Shown piece by piece: positions 1 through 10,125 of a DNA stretch of 39,297 bases; within the stretch, counting starts at the first letter, position 1, and each line of letters opens with the position of its first letter. The notes under the pieces were generated by a model. The model ran no database searches and was not told the DNA's origin. It was given only the letters and a program-made list of their open reading frames with translations. The translations under genes were made by a program, and so were the position numbers. Source of the stretch: an uncultured delta proteobacterium (GTDB taxonomy: Bacteria > Desulfobacterota > Binatia > Bin18); contig CAVTCR010000021.1 of NCBI GenBank assembly GCA_963733195.1, forward strand, positions 1 through 39,297, read 5' to 3'.

Positions 1-877
1 TTCCGTGGATTCAACATTTCATTAGCCACACTGGTTGGCGTAACGCCTGCTGGGCCATGTCAATTATCCTGCTGGTCGCAATATTGCCGCTCAATTTCCT
101 GTTGCAACGCCGGCGTCCCGAAGATCTGGGTTTGGCTCCAGACGGAGACTCGACCGCAGATACCTCAGCACACGCACGTGCAAATGCTGATACGATCGTG
201 GATCACAAATGGGTCGCAACCGAATGGACCCTGGCCGCAGCGATGCGAACGTCACGCTTCTGGTGGCTCGCGCTCATCTTCCCTCACCAGCCTTTACGCC
301 TGGTATTCCGTCCAGGTGCACCAGACCAAGTATCTCAATGATATTGGTTTTCCCTCGGACGTTGCTGCATATGCACTGGGTCTCGTCGGACTCACTGGCA
401 GTGTGGGTCAGATTGCTCTCGGGCACTTCTCAGATCGGATCGGGCGTGAATGGGCATGGACGATCAGTATCTCGGGATTTGCCCTGTGCTATCTTGCTGC
501 TCTTATTGATGCAACATCACCCTACGCCGTTGCTGCTCTATCTGATGGTCGCTGCGCAAGGGTTACTGGGCTATGGGATGGCGTCGGTGTTTGGCTCGGT
601 GCCGGTAGAACTGTTTCAGGGCAAGCAGTTCGGAACAATTGCCAGCATGCTCAGTGTTCCGGCAACCCTTGGTGCGGCTACTGGTCCATGGGTCACTGGC
701 CTTCTCTATGATCGAACAGGAAGTTACACTCTCGCCTTCTGGATATGTGCGGGGATGAGTCTCATCGCTATTGTGGGTATGTGGATGGCGGCGCCACGCA
801 AAGTGCGCGTTGTTGCAGGTCAGGTTGCACGTTTACGGGAGCAACGGCGATTGCAAGGGCAGGCGGAGACGGCCTGA
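1..877 (+). CDS. MFS transporter, 5'-truncated by window edge, frameshifted (~280, ~500)
   Basis: Three overlapping frames join into a hydrophobic multi-TM protein with G-x-x-S-D-R-I-G-R motif and 'GPWVTGLLYDRTGSY' C-terminus. Confidence 0.8.
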
Positions 878-895
878 ATCGAGCCTCCGCAGATG

Positions 896-1008
896 CCCTC
901 TCCCTCCGGGAGAGCGGTGAGGGGAATCGGAAAGTAGACTGTTTCTTCCCCTCATCCTGACCCTTCGACTTCGCTACGCTACGCTCAGGATAGGCTTCTC
1001 CCGGAGGG
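896..1008. repeat. CCCTCTCCC...GGGAGAG(G)G palindromic intergenic repeat pair
   Basis: ccctctccctccgggagagcggtgagggg and a complementary copy; related copies at 3366, 8623, 22248. Confidence 0.6.
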
Positions 1009-1091
1009 CAGAACGAACCTGAAGCCGTCTGCGCAGAAGTAGCCGGGTGATTAATACCCGGCGAAAATCACTCTTCCCTCAAGCAAAAACC

Positions 1092-1836
1092 TTACGCCCC
1101 CTTCAGATACTTCCCATAAAACGTCAGCACCCGATGCCACATGTCCTGTGCGGCGACGGGACGATAACTTGGGCGATAATCAGCAAAGAACGCATGCCCC
1201 GCGTTGGGATACATACGAAACTCGTAGGTCTTGCCATGTTTCTTCAGTTCAGCCTCTAAACGCTCAGCATGGGCTGGCGAAGGATTCGGGTCTTCTTCAC
1301 CAAAGAGACCAAGTACCGGACACGACAGATCCTTCACCATATCAATCGGTGACACTGGTCGTTGCGGAGTATGTTCATCCTGGATGATAAATCCACCCGG
1401 CTGAATCAACCGCAGCGTTGAGGTTCTTACTGGTGCAGCCGAACATCAAGGTATAACGTCCGCCGGAACAAAAGCCGATCGCGCCAACTTTACCGTTGGA
1501 ATCCTGGCGCCCCTTAAGGAATACCGCGCCACCATCAAGATCGGCCATTGCTTGCGAGTCTGGCACAGAGAACATCACTTTGATGACATCGTTGATATTA
1601 CTCGGATCAGGTGAGCCTTCGCGGGTGTACATATCTGGGGCGAGTGCGACATACCCTTCGGCAGCAAACCGTCGCGCGACATCTTTAATATGGTCGTTCA
1701 AACCAAATGCTTCCATAATGACGATCACACCAGGATAGCGTCCAGGGGCAGCTGGATGACTCAAATAGGCATTGATCGCTTTGCCGTTCTGACCAGGATA
1801 GGTAATCATATCTGACTGTACTGTTTGTGGTCGCAT
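1092..1836 (-). CDS. Dienelactone hydrolase family protein (frameshift ~1398)
   Basis: EAFGLNDHIKDVARRFAAEGY, nucleophile GFCSGG and C-terminal YPNAGHAF, split over ORFs 1375-1836 and 1092-1409. Confidence 0.9.
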
Positions 1837-2092
1837 GGTGAGTTCCTCCTTTTCTTTCGCTCTATTGCTTGTCTGCTGGAATTTTCAGCTTGAATATCCG
1901 AGCCGCATTCAGTCCAAGTATCTTTGCCCGATTTGTTTCTGCCACACAACCTTGTTGTCTTTCAAGACTCTCGTCCGAATAAAGGGGAACGTCAACGGAG
2001 AAACAGGCTTCACTCTTTAAATGCTCTTACACGTAGCGGAACGCTAGCGGAGTGCGTTGAGATTTGGAATAAGACTTTCTCTTACCTGGTAC

Positions 2093-2225
2093 CCTAGACC
2101 TGACTCTCCCAGACTCTAGACTTCTCCAAAAGCGCCTTCGCCTCTTGCAAGTCCTTGGTGTCAAAGCCTTCGGTAAACCAGCTATACACCTCGGACAACA
2201 GCTTGTGAGCTTCGGCAAGCCTGGT
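2093..2225 (-). pseudogene. C-terminal remnant of an AAA-ATPase/TPR (adenylate-cyclase-associated type) gene
   Basis: Manual translation gives RLAEAHKLLSEVYSWFTEGFDTKDLQEAKALLEK, the typical C-terminal motif of that family; no upstream gene body. Confidence 0.65.
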
Positions 2226-2278
2226 ACGTGCTGATGTTCCTCAAACGTCATCGGTCCAGCTCCCACGGGTGTATATTT

Positions 2279-3280
2279 TCAGCGAATCGCAAACGGATTC
2301 CCAGGCGACCCCGTTGCGCCTTTTAACCGCAACGGCGCAAAGGAGTAGACGAACTCATACACTTTGTCTTTGGCTAACTCAGCAACATCAAGATTCTCAT
2401 GGATATAGATGCCGTTACGGACCAGCAGATGAGGATGCCCTTCAACCAACTGCTCTTTATCTTCTCCCGGCATTGCTTCAACAGAAGCGGTATCCGAACC
2501 CACCATGACGATCTTTTTCTCGGCCAGCCATTTGATTGCCGTTATTCCTGGTCCAGGTCCACCCGCCAAATACTTCTGATTATCTTTCATCCACAACTTG
2601 CCGTGCCCAGTATGAAACAGCACGACATCACCTTCTTGAATATCGACTTTCTCTTTTTCCAACATGCCAGTGATGTCATCAACCGTCACGATATACCCTG
2701 TATCGACACTTTCGACACCTTTGTATGAAGCCACGTCGAGTAGCACACCACGAGTGAAGATCACACCGACATTTTCAATGCCAAGTTTCTTCAAGCCATA
2801 CGCATCACCGAACTCAGAGAGTTTATTCCCGTTGTAGAAGATGTTTTCTCCATTGACCTGTATACCGACATGTCCCAGGCCATCGAACTGGGTGCCAACC
2901 TGGCCGAGTTCAGCGGCGACCATCTCACTGTTAGCAATCAATTGGTTCTTTCCCGTCGGCCCTTGGGTTGGCATACCAGGAATCGTCAAGGCGAAACTGC
3001 GGTTACCTGACAGTGGCATGCCGCGCTCGTAGACGCGGCCCAGTTGATAGATCTTCCCTTCTTTAATGAGCGAAGCCGCTTGGAGAATTTTCTGCGGCGT
3101 AATGCGATTGGCCGCACCACGTTGATCAGTCGGCCCCCACTCCGACGGCCACCACTTCGGACCGATCGGCGTTTCCTGGGCCAAGACTCCACTGATAGAG
3201 AAAAGTGTTATAGCAGTAGTGAAAAGAACACCTGCAGAGAATCTGAATAACCACTGCCCAATACGTCGAGTGTGTTTCAT
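2279..3280 (-). CDS. Cyclase family (kynurenine formamidase-like) metal-dependent hydrolase, likely exported
   Basis: GTQFDGLGH, RGVLLDV, HENLD and PLRLKGATGSPGNP motifs; signal-peptide-like N-terminus; GGGGGAG RBS before ATG 3280. Confidence 0.85.
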   Translation of the reverse strand: MKHTRRIGQWLFRFSAGVLFTTAITLFSISGVLAQETPIGPKWWPSEWGPTDQRGAANRITPQKILQAASLIKEGKIYQLGRVYERGMPLSGNRSFALTIPGMPTQGPTGKNQLIANSEMVAAELGQVGTQFDGLGHVGIQVNGENIFYNGNKLSEFGDAYGLKKLGIENVGVIFTRGVLLDVASYKGVESVDTGYIVTVDDITGMLEKEKVDIQEGDVVLFHTGHGKLWMKDNQKYLAGGPGPGITAIKWLAEKKIVMVGSDTASVEAMPGEDKEQLVEGHPHLLVRNGIYIHENLDVAELAKDKVYEFVYSFAPLRLKGATGSPGNPFAIR

Positions 3281-3365
3281 ACTCCCCCCTTTGAAAGCCT
3301 CCGCACACATAGGACACCTGCCCTGGTGGTGTAAAGACGCAAGTGACAGCGCCCTGTTCTATCTT

Positions 3366-3403
3366 CCCCTCTCCCTCGATGGGAGAGGGCCAGGGTGAGG
3401 GTG
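3366..3403. repeat. CCCTCTCCC-GGGAGAGGG palindromic repeat
   Basis: cccctctccctcgatgggagagggccagggtgagggtg. Confidence 0.65.
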
Positions 3404-3568
3404 TCGAATGACAGCTAAGACCGCAAGCCGTTCCCGGCAAATTACCTACGCCGGAAACACTACGCTCATTCTAATCGGCCTACGCTTTCCTCCGGCAGTG
3501 TTGCGGATTGAGCGGTGCGATTTCTCCTGCCATAATAGCTCATTCTTCTTTCGGGAGCGGGTTTTGTC

Positions 3569-3958
3569 ATGGGTACACAAGTAGTGCTCACGTTATCAGA
3601 CGACTTATATGAGCGGGCCAAGCGGTGGGCTTCTCGCACGCGACGCGACGTGCCGCAAACCTTGACCGACGCGCTGGAAATAGTCCTCACACCCGTACAT
3701 GAATCGCCTGAACCTGAACCTTCAGTGACAGCGATGTCTGATACCGAGGTCATGGCACTCGCCCAAGCGCAGATGTCACCACAACAGGGCAAACGGCTAG
3801 ATCATCTGCTGGCTAAACAGCAGGAGGAGTCCTTAGCTGCACACGAACAGGCCGAACTCCTGGCTCTCATGCAGGAATATAACCGGCTCTGGATTCGCCA
3901 ATCAGAAGCTTTAGCGGAAGCGGTCCGCCGTGGATTACGCAAGCCGCTGGCCCCATAA
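3569..3958 (+). CDS. Small RHH-like/antitoxin-like protein coupled to the HNH gene
   Basis: N-terminal VVLTLSDDLYERAKRWA strand-helix pattern; TAATG stop/start overlap with HNH. Confidence 0.6.
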   Translation: MGTQVVLTLSDDLYERAKRWASRTRRDVPQTLTDALEIVLTPVHESPEPEPSVTAMSDTEVMALAQAQMSPQQGKRLDHLLAKQQEESLAAHEQAELLALMQEYNRLWIRQSEALAEAVRRGLRKPLAP

Positions 3959-4217
3959 TGGCTGCACCAATATCGGAGGTGCTGCGGGCGCAAGTACGAG
4001 CTGCCGCTGCGAACCGTTGTGGTTATTGTCTCACCCATCAATCGTACGTCCCCTGGAGCGCTGGAAATCGAACATATCGTTCCACGGGCGAAAGGCGGAT
4101 CGGATGACGAAACGAACCTGTGGCTGGCGTGCCGCGCTTGCAATCTTTACAAAAGCACTCAAACCCACGGAACCGATCCTGTCGACCGGGCGTCGACTTC
4201 GCTTATTCAATCCTTGA
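3958..4217 (+). pseudogene. HNH endonuclease, two frameshifts and apparently truncated after FNP
   Basis: Joined frames: MAAPISEVLRAQVRAAAANRCGYC...LEIEHIVPRAKGGSDDETNLWLACRACNLYK...TGRRLRLFNP*. Confidence 0.8.
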
Positions 4218-4292
4218 CATCATATGTAGGCACGGGCGTTTATACCCGTAAGCAAAAGCACTGGTTGTTTTCTCGACATAGACCTCCGTCTT

Positions 4293-4328
4293 GTCATTCC
4301 AGGAAAGCAGCGCGAGACCCGGAATCCA
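4293..4328. repeat. GTCATTCC...GGAATCCA palindromic repeat
   Basis: gtcattccaggaaagcagcgcgagacccggaatcca; related copies at ~10752, ~24221, ~37680. Confidence 0.7.
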
Positions 4329-4387
4329 TCTAGCTTCCGACTCCTTGACAGCAAGTGAGAATTCGTCGAAGAATCGCTCTAGGGCAT

Positions 4388-4760
4388 ATGAGCGAGTGGG
4401 ACATTTTCATCAGCTACGCACATATCGATAACCAGCATTACTCCGACATTCCGCAAGGCTGGATCGATTATCTCCAAGAACGGCTGGAGATTCGTCTCGC
4501 TCAACTCCTTGGCAGAACACCCAACATTTGGCGCGACCGAAAAAAATTGCGTGGGAATCTTGACTTCCAGGATGAGATCAACGACGACTTGGCAAAAGTA
4601 GCGGTTTTCGTTTCGGTGCTTTCACCTCGCTACCTGGAATCCGACTCTTGCCAGTGCAGAAGTAGAAGCGTTTACGCGTGCGGCGGAACAGCAAGGTGGT
4701 ATCAGACGTGGCAACACGCATCGCGTCTTCAAAGTCATCAAGAACGAGGTCCCACTCTAG
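4388..4760 (+). CDS. Stand-alone TIR domain protein (~123 aa, one frameshift ~4651)
   Basis: DIFISYAH...IWRD...VLSPRYLESDSC, then in the shifted frame SAEVEAF...RVFKVIKNEVPL*; putative catalytic Glu of C-x-x-E retained. Confidence 0.8.
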
Positions 4761-7700
4761 CTCAACTCAGCAATCCGCTGTTCCACCCACACCAGATCTT
4801 TCTTCCATACGGCGTTACTCGGATCGTGCTGTACCAAACGAGCACTGATCACACGTGCCTTTTCGAAATGCGCCAACGCCTTAGCGTGTTGGTTTTCTCT
4901 CGCCAGTGCATTGCCGATCTTCATATAACTGACCGACAGATCGTGTTGCCACTCGGCATTGTGCGGGTCTGCTCCGCTAAGCGCTCATCAATCGTGCGAC
5001 TGGCCGTATACGCCGTCAGGGCCTGCTCCAACTGCCCTGGGCCATCAACACGTCGCCCACTTGTTGTGGCTGATCGACAGATCGCGTTGCCACGGGTATT
5101 GTGTGGGTTTGCTTGCTAAGCGCTTATAAATTGTGTGATTGGTTGTATATGTTGTTAGGGTTTGCTTTATTTGTTTTTGGGTTATTAACATGTGCTTATT
5201 TGCTGTGGTTGATTGATAGATGTGTTGTTACTTGGTATTGTGTGGGTTTTGCTTGCTAAGCGCTTATGAATTGTGTGACTGGTTGTATACGTTGTTAGGG
5301 TTTGCTTTATTTGTTTTGGGTTATTAACATGTGCTTATTTTGTTGTGGCTGATTGATAGATGCGTTGTTACTGGGTATTGTGTGGGTTTTGCTTGCTAAG
5401 CGCTTACAAATTATGTGACTGGTTGTATACGTTGCTAGGGTTTGCTTTATTTGTTTTGGGTTATCAACATGTGCTTATTTTGCTGTGGTTGATTGATAGA
5501 TCGCGTTGTCACTTGGTATTGTGCGGGTTTTGCTTCGCTAAGCGCTCACGAATTGTGCGACTGGTTGTATACGCTGCTAGGGTTTGCTTTACTTGCTTCT
5601 GGGTTATCAACATGTCGCTCACTTTCTCGTGGTTGATTGATAGATCGCGTTGCTACTGGGTATTGTGCGGGTTTTGCTTCGCTAAGCGCTCACGAATCGT
5701 GCGACTGGTTGTATACGCTGCTAGGGTTTGCTCCACTTGCTTCTGGGCTATCAACACGTCGCTCACCTTGCTGTGGTTGATCGATAGATCGCGTTGCTAC
5801 TCGGCATTGTGCGGGTCCTGCTCCGCTAAGCGCTCACAAATCGTGCGACTGGCCGTATACGCCGCCAGGGCCTGCTCCACCTGCCCCTGGGCCATCAACA
5901 CGTCGCCCACCTTGTCGTGGCTGACCGACAGATCGTGTTGCCACTCGGCATTGTGCGGGTCCTGCTCCGCTAAGCGCTCATCGAATCGTGCGACTGGCCG
6001 TATACGCCGTCAGGGCCTGCTCCAACTGCCCCTGGGCCACCAACACGTCGCCCACCCTGTTGTGGCTGATCGACAGATCGCGTTGCCACTCGGCATTGTG
6101 CGGGTCCTGCTCCGCTAAGCGCTCACGAATCGTGCGACTGGCCGTATACGCCGTCAGGGCCTGCTCCAACTGCCCCTGGGCCACCAACACGTCGCCCACC
6201 CTGTCGTGGCTGACCGAGAGCTCCCGTTGCAGTGCCACATCGTCTGGCCGTAGCGTCAACCCGCGTTGTAACCATTCGTGGATTGGGACAATTGCAATGC
6301 GCGCCAAGTCGAGACGACCGAGCATGTTGATCTGGTCGAGCCCGTCGTACAACAGTTTGAATTGGAGTGCATTCAAAGCCGTCGCGTCACAGTCGGCGCG
6401 TAGCAAGGCACTGGCATGGTTCAGAGCATGACCAAGGGGTAAGAACTCCCTGGTGCGGCGTACACTCTCCACGGCATACGTGAAGTGCGCAATCGCCCAT
6501 ACACCGAGCGAACTAAGCAGGGTGTCGTCGCCAGTGGAGTGGGCGAACTGGTGCGTCAGTGCATGGGTAAATTCCCAGTAGTCTTCTTCACTCGAAGTGA
6601 TTCTTAGCAGGCCATAACGGGCCAGGGACTTCAGGGCTTCGCGCGCCGGTGTTTCTTGCGTATGCAACACTGCCAAGGCGGCACTGAGCGGAAAAGGTTG
6701 CTGCGCTAGCAACCCCGCTGCTGTCAGCACTTGCCGCGCCTCGGGGGTGAGCCGCTTCACGCTGCGGTCGTACAGCCAGCGTAAAGTGTGATCTTCATAC
6801 GACGGTTCATGAAGGTTAGGGAGTTGGGCGGACGTGAGCGCGTTCACGAATGCACGCGGCGGCTCCTCACCCGCACCGAGCTGGAGACCGGCCCAGGTCA
6901 GCGCCAGGGGATGACCACCAAGCCGTTCATGTACACGTACGATCGTGGCTTCATCGGTGGTGTGGCCGCATAATTCACGCAGTAATGCCAGCGCTTCATC
7001 GTCGGAAAGTGCTGCCTCGACATTCAGCGGTTTGGCCGTACTGACTTGTCGTTTATCGCGCGTCAACACGAGCCGGGTCGTTTCCGGTGCTAAAACTTCC
7101 AACAACTTCTGTAATGTACGACCGTCACCCGCTTCCTCGGCGCCTTCTACCACGACCAGCGCACGACGGCCACGGCAAGCAGTAAGAACCCGCTCACGGG
7201 CACCGAGTGAGGTGGGCAGCGATTCGTCAAACGCATTGGCCAATTGGTGCCAGGCCGGGTCCGGCGAGGTGAACTTGAGACTATAGAGATCGAGGAGCAC
7301 GACACCATCGGGATACGGGGTTGTGGAAAGATTGTCCGGATTATCGCCGACAACCACATGAATCGCTTCGGCAGCCAGTGCAGACTTGCCCATGCCCGCC
7401 GGTCCCCAAATGTCCACATGTTCCCGGCAAGAGAGCCGTTCCACCAGTTGACGCAGTTGCGCGACGCGACCAAATAACTTTCCGGCCAGTGCACGCTTAG
7501 GCAATTGCAACGGTGGGCGCTGGGGACGTTGCTTCATCGACTCCGTAACCTGCTCGAACCCTTTGCGAGTCTCCTCGCGCAACTGGCCAAGCTCGCTCCG
7601 GGTCGCGCTCGTTGTCTCGTTGATGTCTTCGAGCAAAGCCGTGGCGTCATCAAACACCCGGCGAAAACTCCTCAGATCGTTCCATACGCCAGTGAGGTTT

Positions 7701-8524
7701 CCATCAAGAGCAGAGAACTTCTTTTCAAAGTCGTTGTAGTTGCTGCCCAACTGTTGCGGCAGCAGGCTGAGCACGTCCATTTCCCAGGCGATGCGGGCAC
7801 GTTCGTTGTCTTTGAGTTCTTCACGAAAGGCGAGCCGTAGCAAATCCCACCATCCTTGGGGATGTTGAGTTATGCGGCGCTTGAGGCTTGGCGGCAACCC
7901 AACATCAAAGGCGAACGTGCGGAATTCCGCGTCTTTTGCCCCGGCCTGCCCAAGAATGCCACGAGCGGCAACGTCGAGCACCTCGACTTGTTGCCTGACC
8001 ACATATTCACGCAACTGATCAGGACTGGAGGCAGCGAAGCATTCGCTGCCGGCTTTGATCATCACGGGCACGTCAGCCACCGCTGCACCATGCAGCTGCA
8101 GAAGTTTTTCTACGGACAGCGACTGCAAATCGCTATGCTGTTGCGCAAATACACGCCGGATGTAGCACACCGCCCGGCCTTCGGGGTCTTTGCGTTCATG
8201 TAGCCAAGATTTGAGGCGATCCTTCAAAGAATCAGTAGACAGACCAAAGTCCTCACGCAGCGCTTGATCGCACAGCGACACCACCGTGTGGCATTCTGCG
8301 CGTCGCAACGCCCGTAGGAGATCGTGATTGTTATTGCTCCCGCCTTGCTTCAACAGTGTGGTGAGGTCAGGAAGTTTGTTCAGCACTACCCATTTGCCAC
8401 CCTCCCACAGCACCGAGGCCACGAGGTTGCCGATGATACCGCCGTAGAACTGGCTACCAAAAGCTACACCATAAGTGAGCAAATTCTGAAATGCGGTTTT
8501 TTCCTCTGCCATAGGATCAGTCAT
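4757..8524 (-). CDS. STAND/NB-ARC (NLR-like) ATPase with unknown N-terminal helical domain and C-terminal 48-aa TPR-like repeats; 3' part disrupted in this sequence
   Basis: Walker A GPAGMGKS, Walker B-like ALVVVEG, GGHPLAL; repeats QRDLSISHNRVGDVLVAQGQLEQALTAYTASRTIRERLAEQDPHNAEW; intact cap ...KKDLVWVEQRIAELS* ends at 4757; ~1260 aa if restored. Confidence 0.85.
4930..6230 (-). repeat. Tandem array of about nine 144-bp units (48-aa TPR-like)
   Basis: Anchor GCTAAGCGCT at 4976, 5115, 5255, 5395, 5537, 5681, 5825, 5969, 6114 (spacings 139-145). Confidence 0.95.
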
Positions 8525-8622
8525 CTGAAAAGTGTAATCGTCTTCTTTCGTCCCGGCGAAAATACTGAACGCTCAGTGAGGAGTCAATCGTAAAGATTAG
8601 CGGAAGCAATCTTACCTTGCTT

Positions 8623-8681
8623 CCCTCATCCTGTCCTCTTCCGACTACGCGAAGGACAAGCTCTCCCGGTGGGAGAGGGGA
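8623..8681. repeat. CCCTC...GGGAGAGGG palindromic repeat with internal insertion
   Basis: ccctcatcctgtcc...ctctcccggtgggagagggga. Confidence 0.55.
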
Positions 8682-8751
8682 CTCAAACACGACCTCACCG
8701 TTGACAGAACAAGCCCTCTACGGCTATGCCCATGCACGAGAGGGACGCATC

Positions 8752-9948
8752 ATGAAACAATTCCATAACGAACGTGAACAGAAGTTTATCGACTTGGCGG
8801 CAACCTTGGCTGATGAGTTCGCTCCGCGTGCAGCGAAGTACGATGAAGAAGCCTCATTTCCCTATGAGAACTACGCGCGGTTGCGTGAGAGTGGTTACAC
8901 GATTCTCACCATCCCTGAAGAACTCGGAGGTCTCGGCGCAACGATGTTGCAACGCATCAAGGCACAGGAGCGACTGGCGCAAGGCTGTGGCGCGACCGCT
9001 CTGGCAATTAATATGCATTTCAATGTCCTGGGCTTGTTGATCGATTTATGGCGTACCAGCAAAGATCCGAAAGTCGAAGCTAAACTCCGCCAAGTCGCCA
9101 GTGGTCGCTTAGTCTGCGGTGGTACCGGTTCTGAACCAGACAATGCGGTACCAGTCCTACGCCCCCGTGCGATCGCAGAAAAAAGCAATGGCGGCTGGAT
9201 CGTCAATGGTCGCAAAATCTTTGGCACTCAGAGCATTGCGATGGATCTCTATTTCGCCGAAGCAACCTGGGAGAAGGCTCCGCAAGGACCGACGATCATT
9301 ACTTTTTTTATTCCACCAAAAGAGACACCCGGTGTGACCTTCAAAGATGACTGGTACACCATGGGCATGCGAGCGACTGCCTCACGTGGCGCTGAACTGA
9401 AAGAGGCGTTCATTCCTGAGTCGGCGGTGGTGTTGCAACGACCGGTATTTACGCGTGGGGGAGTGACGAACCTCTTTATCCGTGCCCCCTTCACAATTGG
9501 TGCGCCATACATCGGTATTGCCATCGCCGCGAGGGACTTTGTCGTGGAGTTTATGAAGGACCGACCACGTTTTCCCCTCAAGCAGCCGATGAGTCACTCG
9601 CCGAGTGTCTACAATAAAGTCGGCGAGATGGAGATACTGATTGAAACTGCCCGCGCAATGATGTGGAAAGCCGCGGCTGAAGTCGAAACCGAAGAGCCGC
9701 GTAGTTGGGCACGCAAGAGTGTCGCCGCACGTATGGTCGCGATTGAGAATTCATCACGCGTTGTCGATCTCGCAATGCGTGCCGTTGGAGGAGTGTCGTA
9801 TTACAAACGATTTCCGCTCGAACGTTACTATCGTGATGTCCGTGCTGGACTCTTTCATCCGTTTGATAGCGATGAAACGTTAGAGTTTCTCGGCAAGAGC
9901 GCGTTCGGTATTTCGCTGATGGACGAGGATGCGATTTGGGCGTCATGA
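8752..9948 (+). CDS. Acyl-CoA dehydrogenase family protein
   Basis: NGRKIFGT, DWYTMGMRATAS, PLERYYRDVRAG; GAGAGGG RBS before ATG 8752. Confidence 0.9.
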   Translation: MKQFHNEREQKFIDLAATLADEFAPRAAKYDEEASFPYENYARLRESGYTILTIPEELGGLGATMLQRIKAQERLAQGCGATALAINMHFNVLGLLIDLWRTSKDPKVEAKLRQVASGRLVCGGTGSEPDNAVPVLRPRAIAEKSNGGWIVNGRKIFGTQSIAMDLYFAEATWEKAPQGPTIITFFIPPKETPGVTFKDDWYTMGMRATASRGAELKEAFIPESAVVLQRPVFTRGGVTNLFIRAPFTIGAPYIGIAIAARDFVVEFMKDRPRFPLKQPMSHSPSVYNKVGEMEILIETARAMMWKAAAEVETEEPRSWARKSVAARMVAIENSSRVVDLAMRAVGGVSYYKRFPLERYYRDVRAGLFHPFDSDETLEFLGKSAFGISLMDEDAIWAS

Positions 9949-9955
9949 GTTGGCG

Positions 9956-10061
9956 AAATCCTCCCTGTCCCTCCTTTTCCACCTGTGGCCGGTGGCAGGC
10001 CAAAGGAGGGGATCCAACAGCCCCCTTTAGAAAAGGGGCCGCGCGCAGCACGGGGGGATTT
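9956..10061. repeat. Palindromic repeat pair (CCTTT...AAAGG type); inverted ~61-bp copy at 11832-11892
   Basis: aaatcctccctgtccctccttttccacctgtggccggtggcaggccaaaggaggggatcca, followed by ccccctttagaaaagggg. Confidence 0.7.
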
Positions 10062-10125
10062 TGCAGTGTTGCGGTCGAGAAGCAAATATTCGCCAACAGA
10101 ATTTCTAGTGTCCGAAAGGCCTCAC

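Noticed and set aside
4355-5119. 254-aa TIR ORF as listed
   Set aside because: Beyond ~4651 it is out of frame and runs antisense into the STAND gene; the true TIR frame ends at 4760
4930-6230. CRISPR array or DGR template/variable repeat
   Set aside because: Units are contiguous coding repeats without unique spacers; changes are at C/G rather than A; no cas or reverse transcriptase gene in the window
5360-6431. Cys-rich plus-strand ORFs (252 aa, 147 aa)
   Set aside because: Antisense shadows of the TPR repeats
8701-8730. TTGACAGA boxes upstream of several genes (8701, 12838, 19853) as a shared regulator site
   Set aside because: Explained by ordinary -35 hexamers; -10 matches too weak to call
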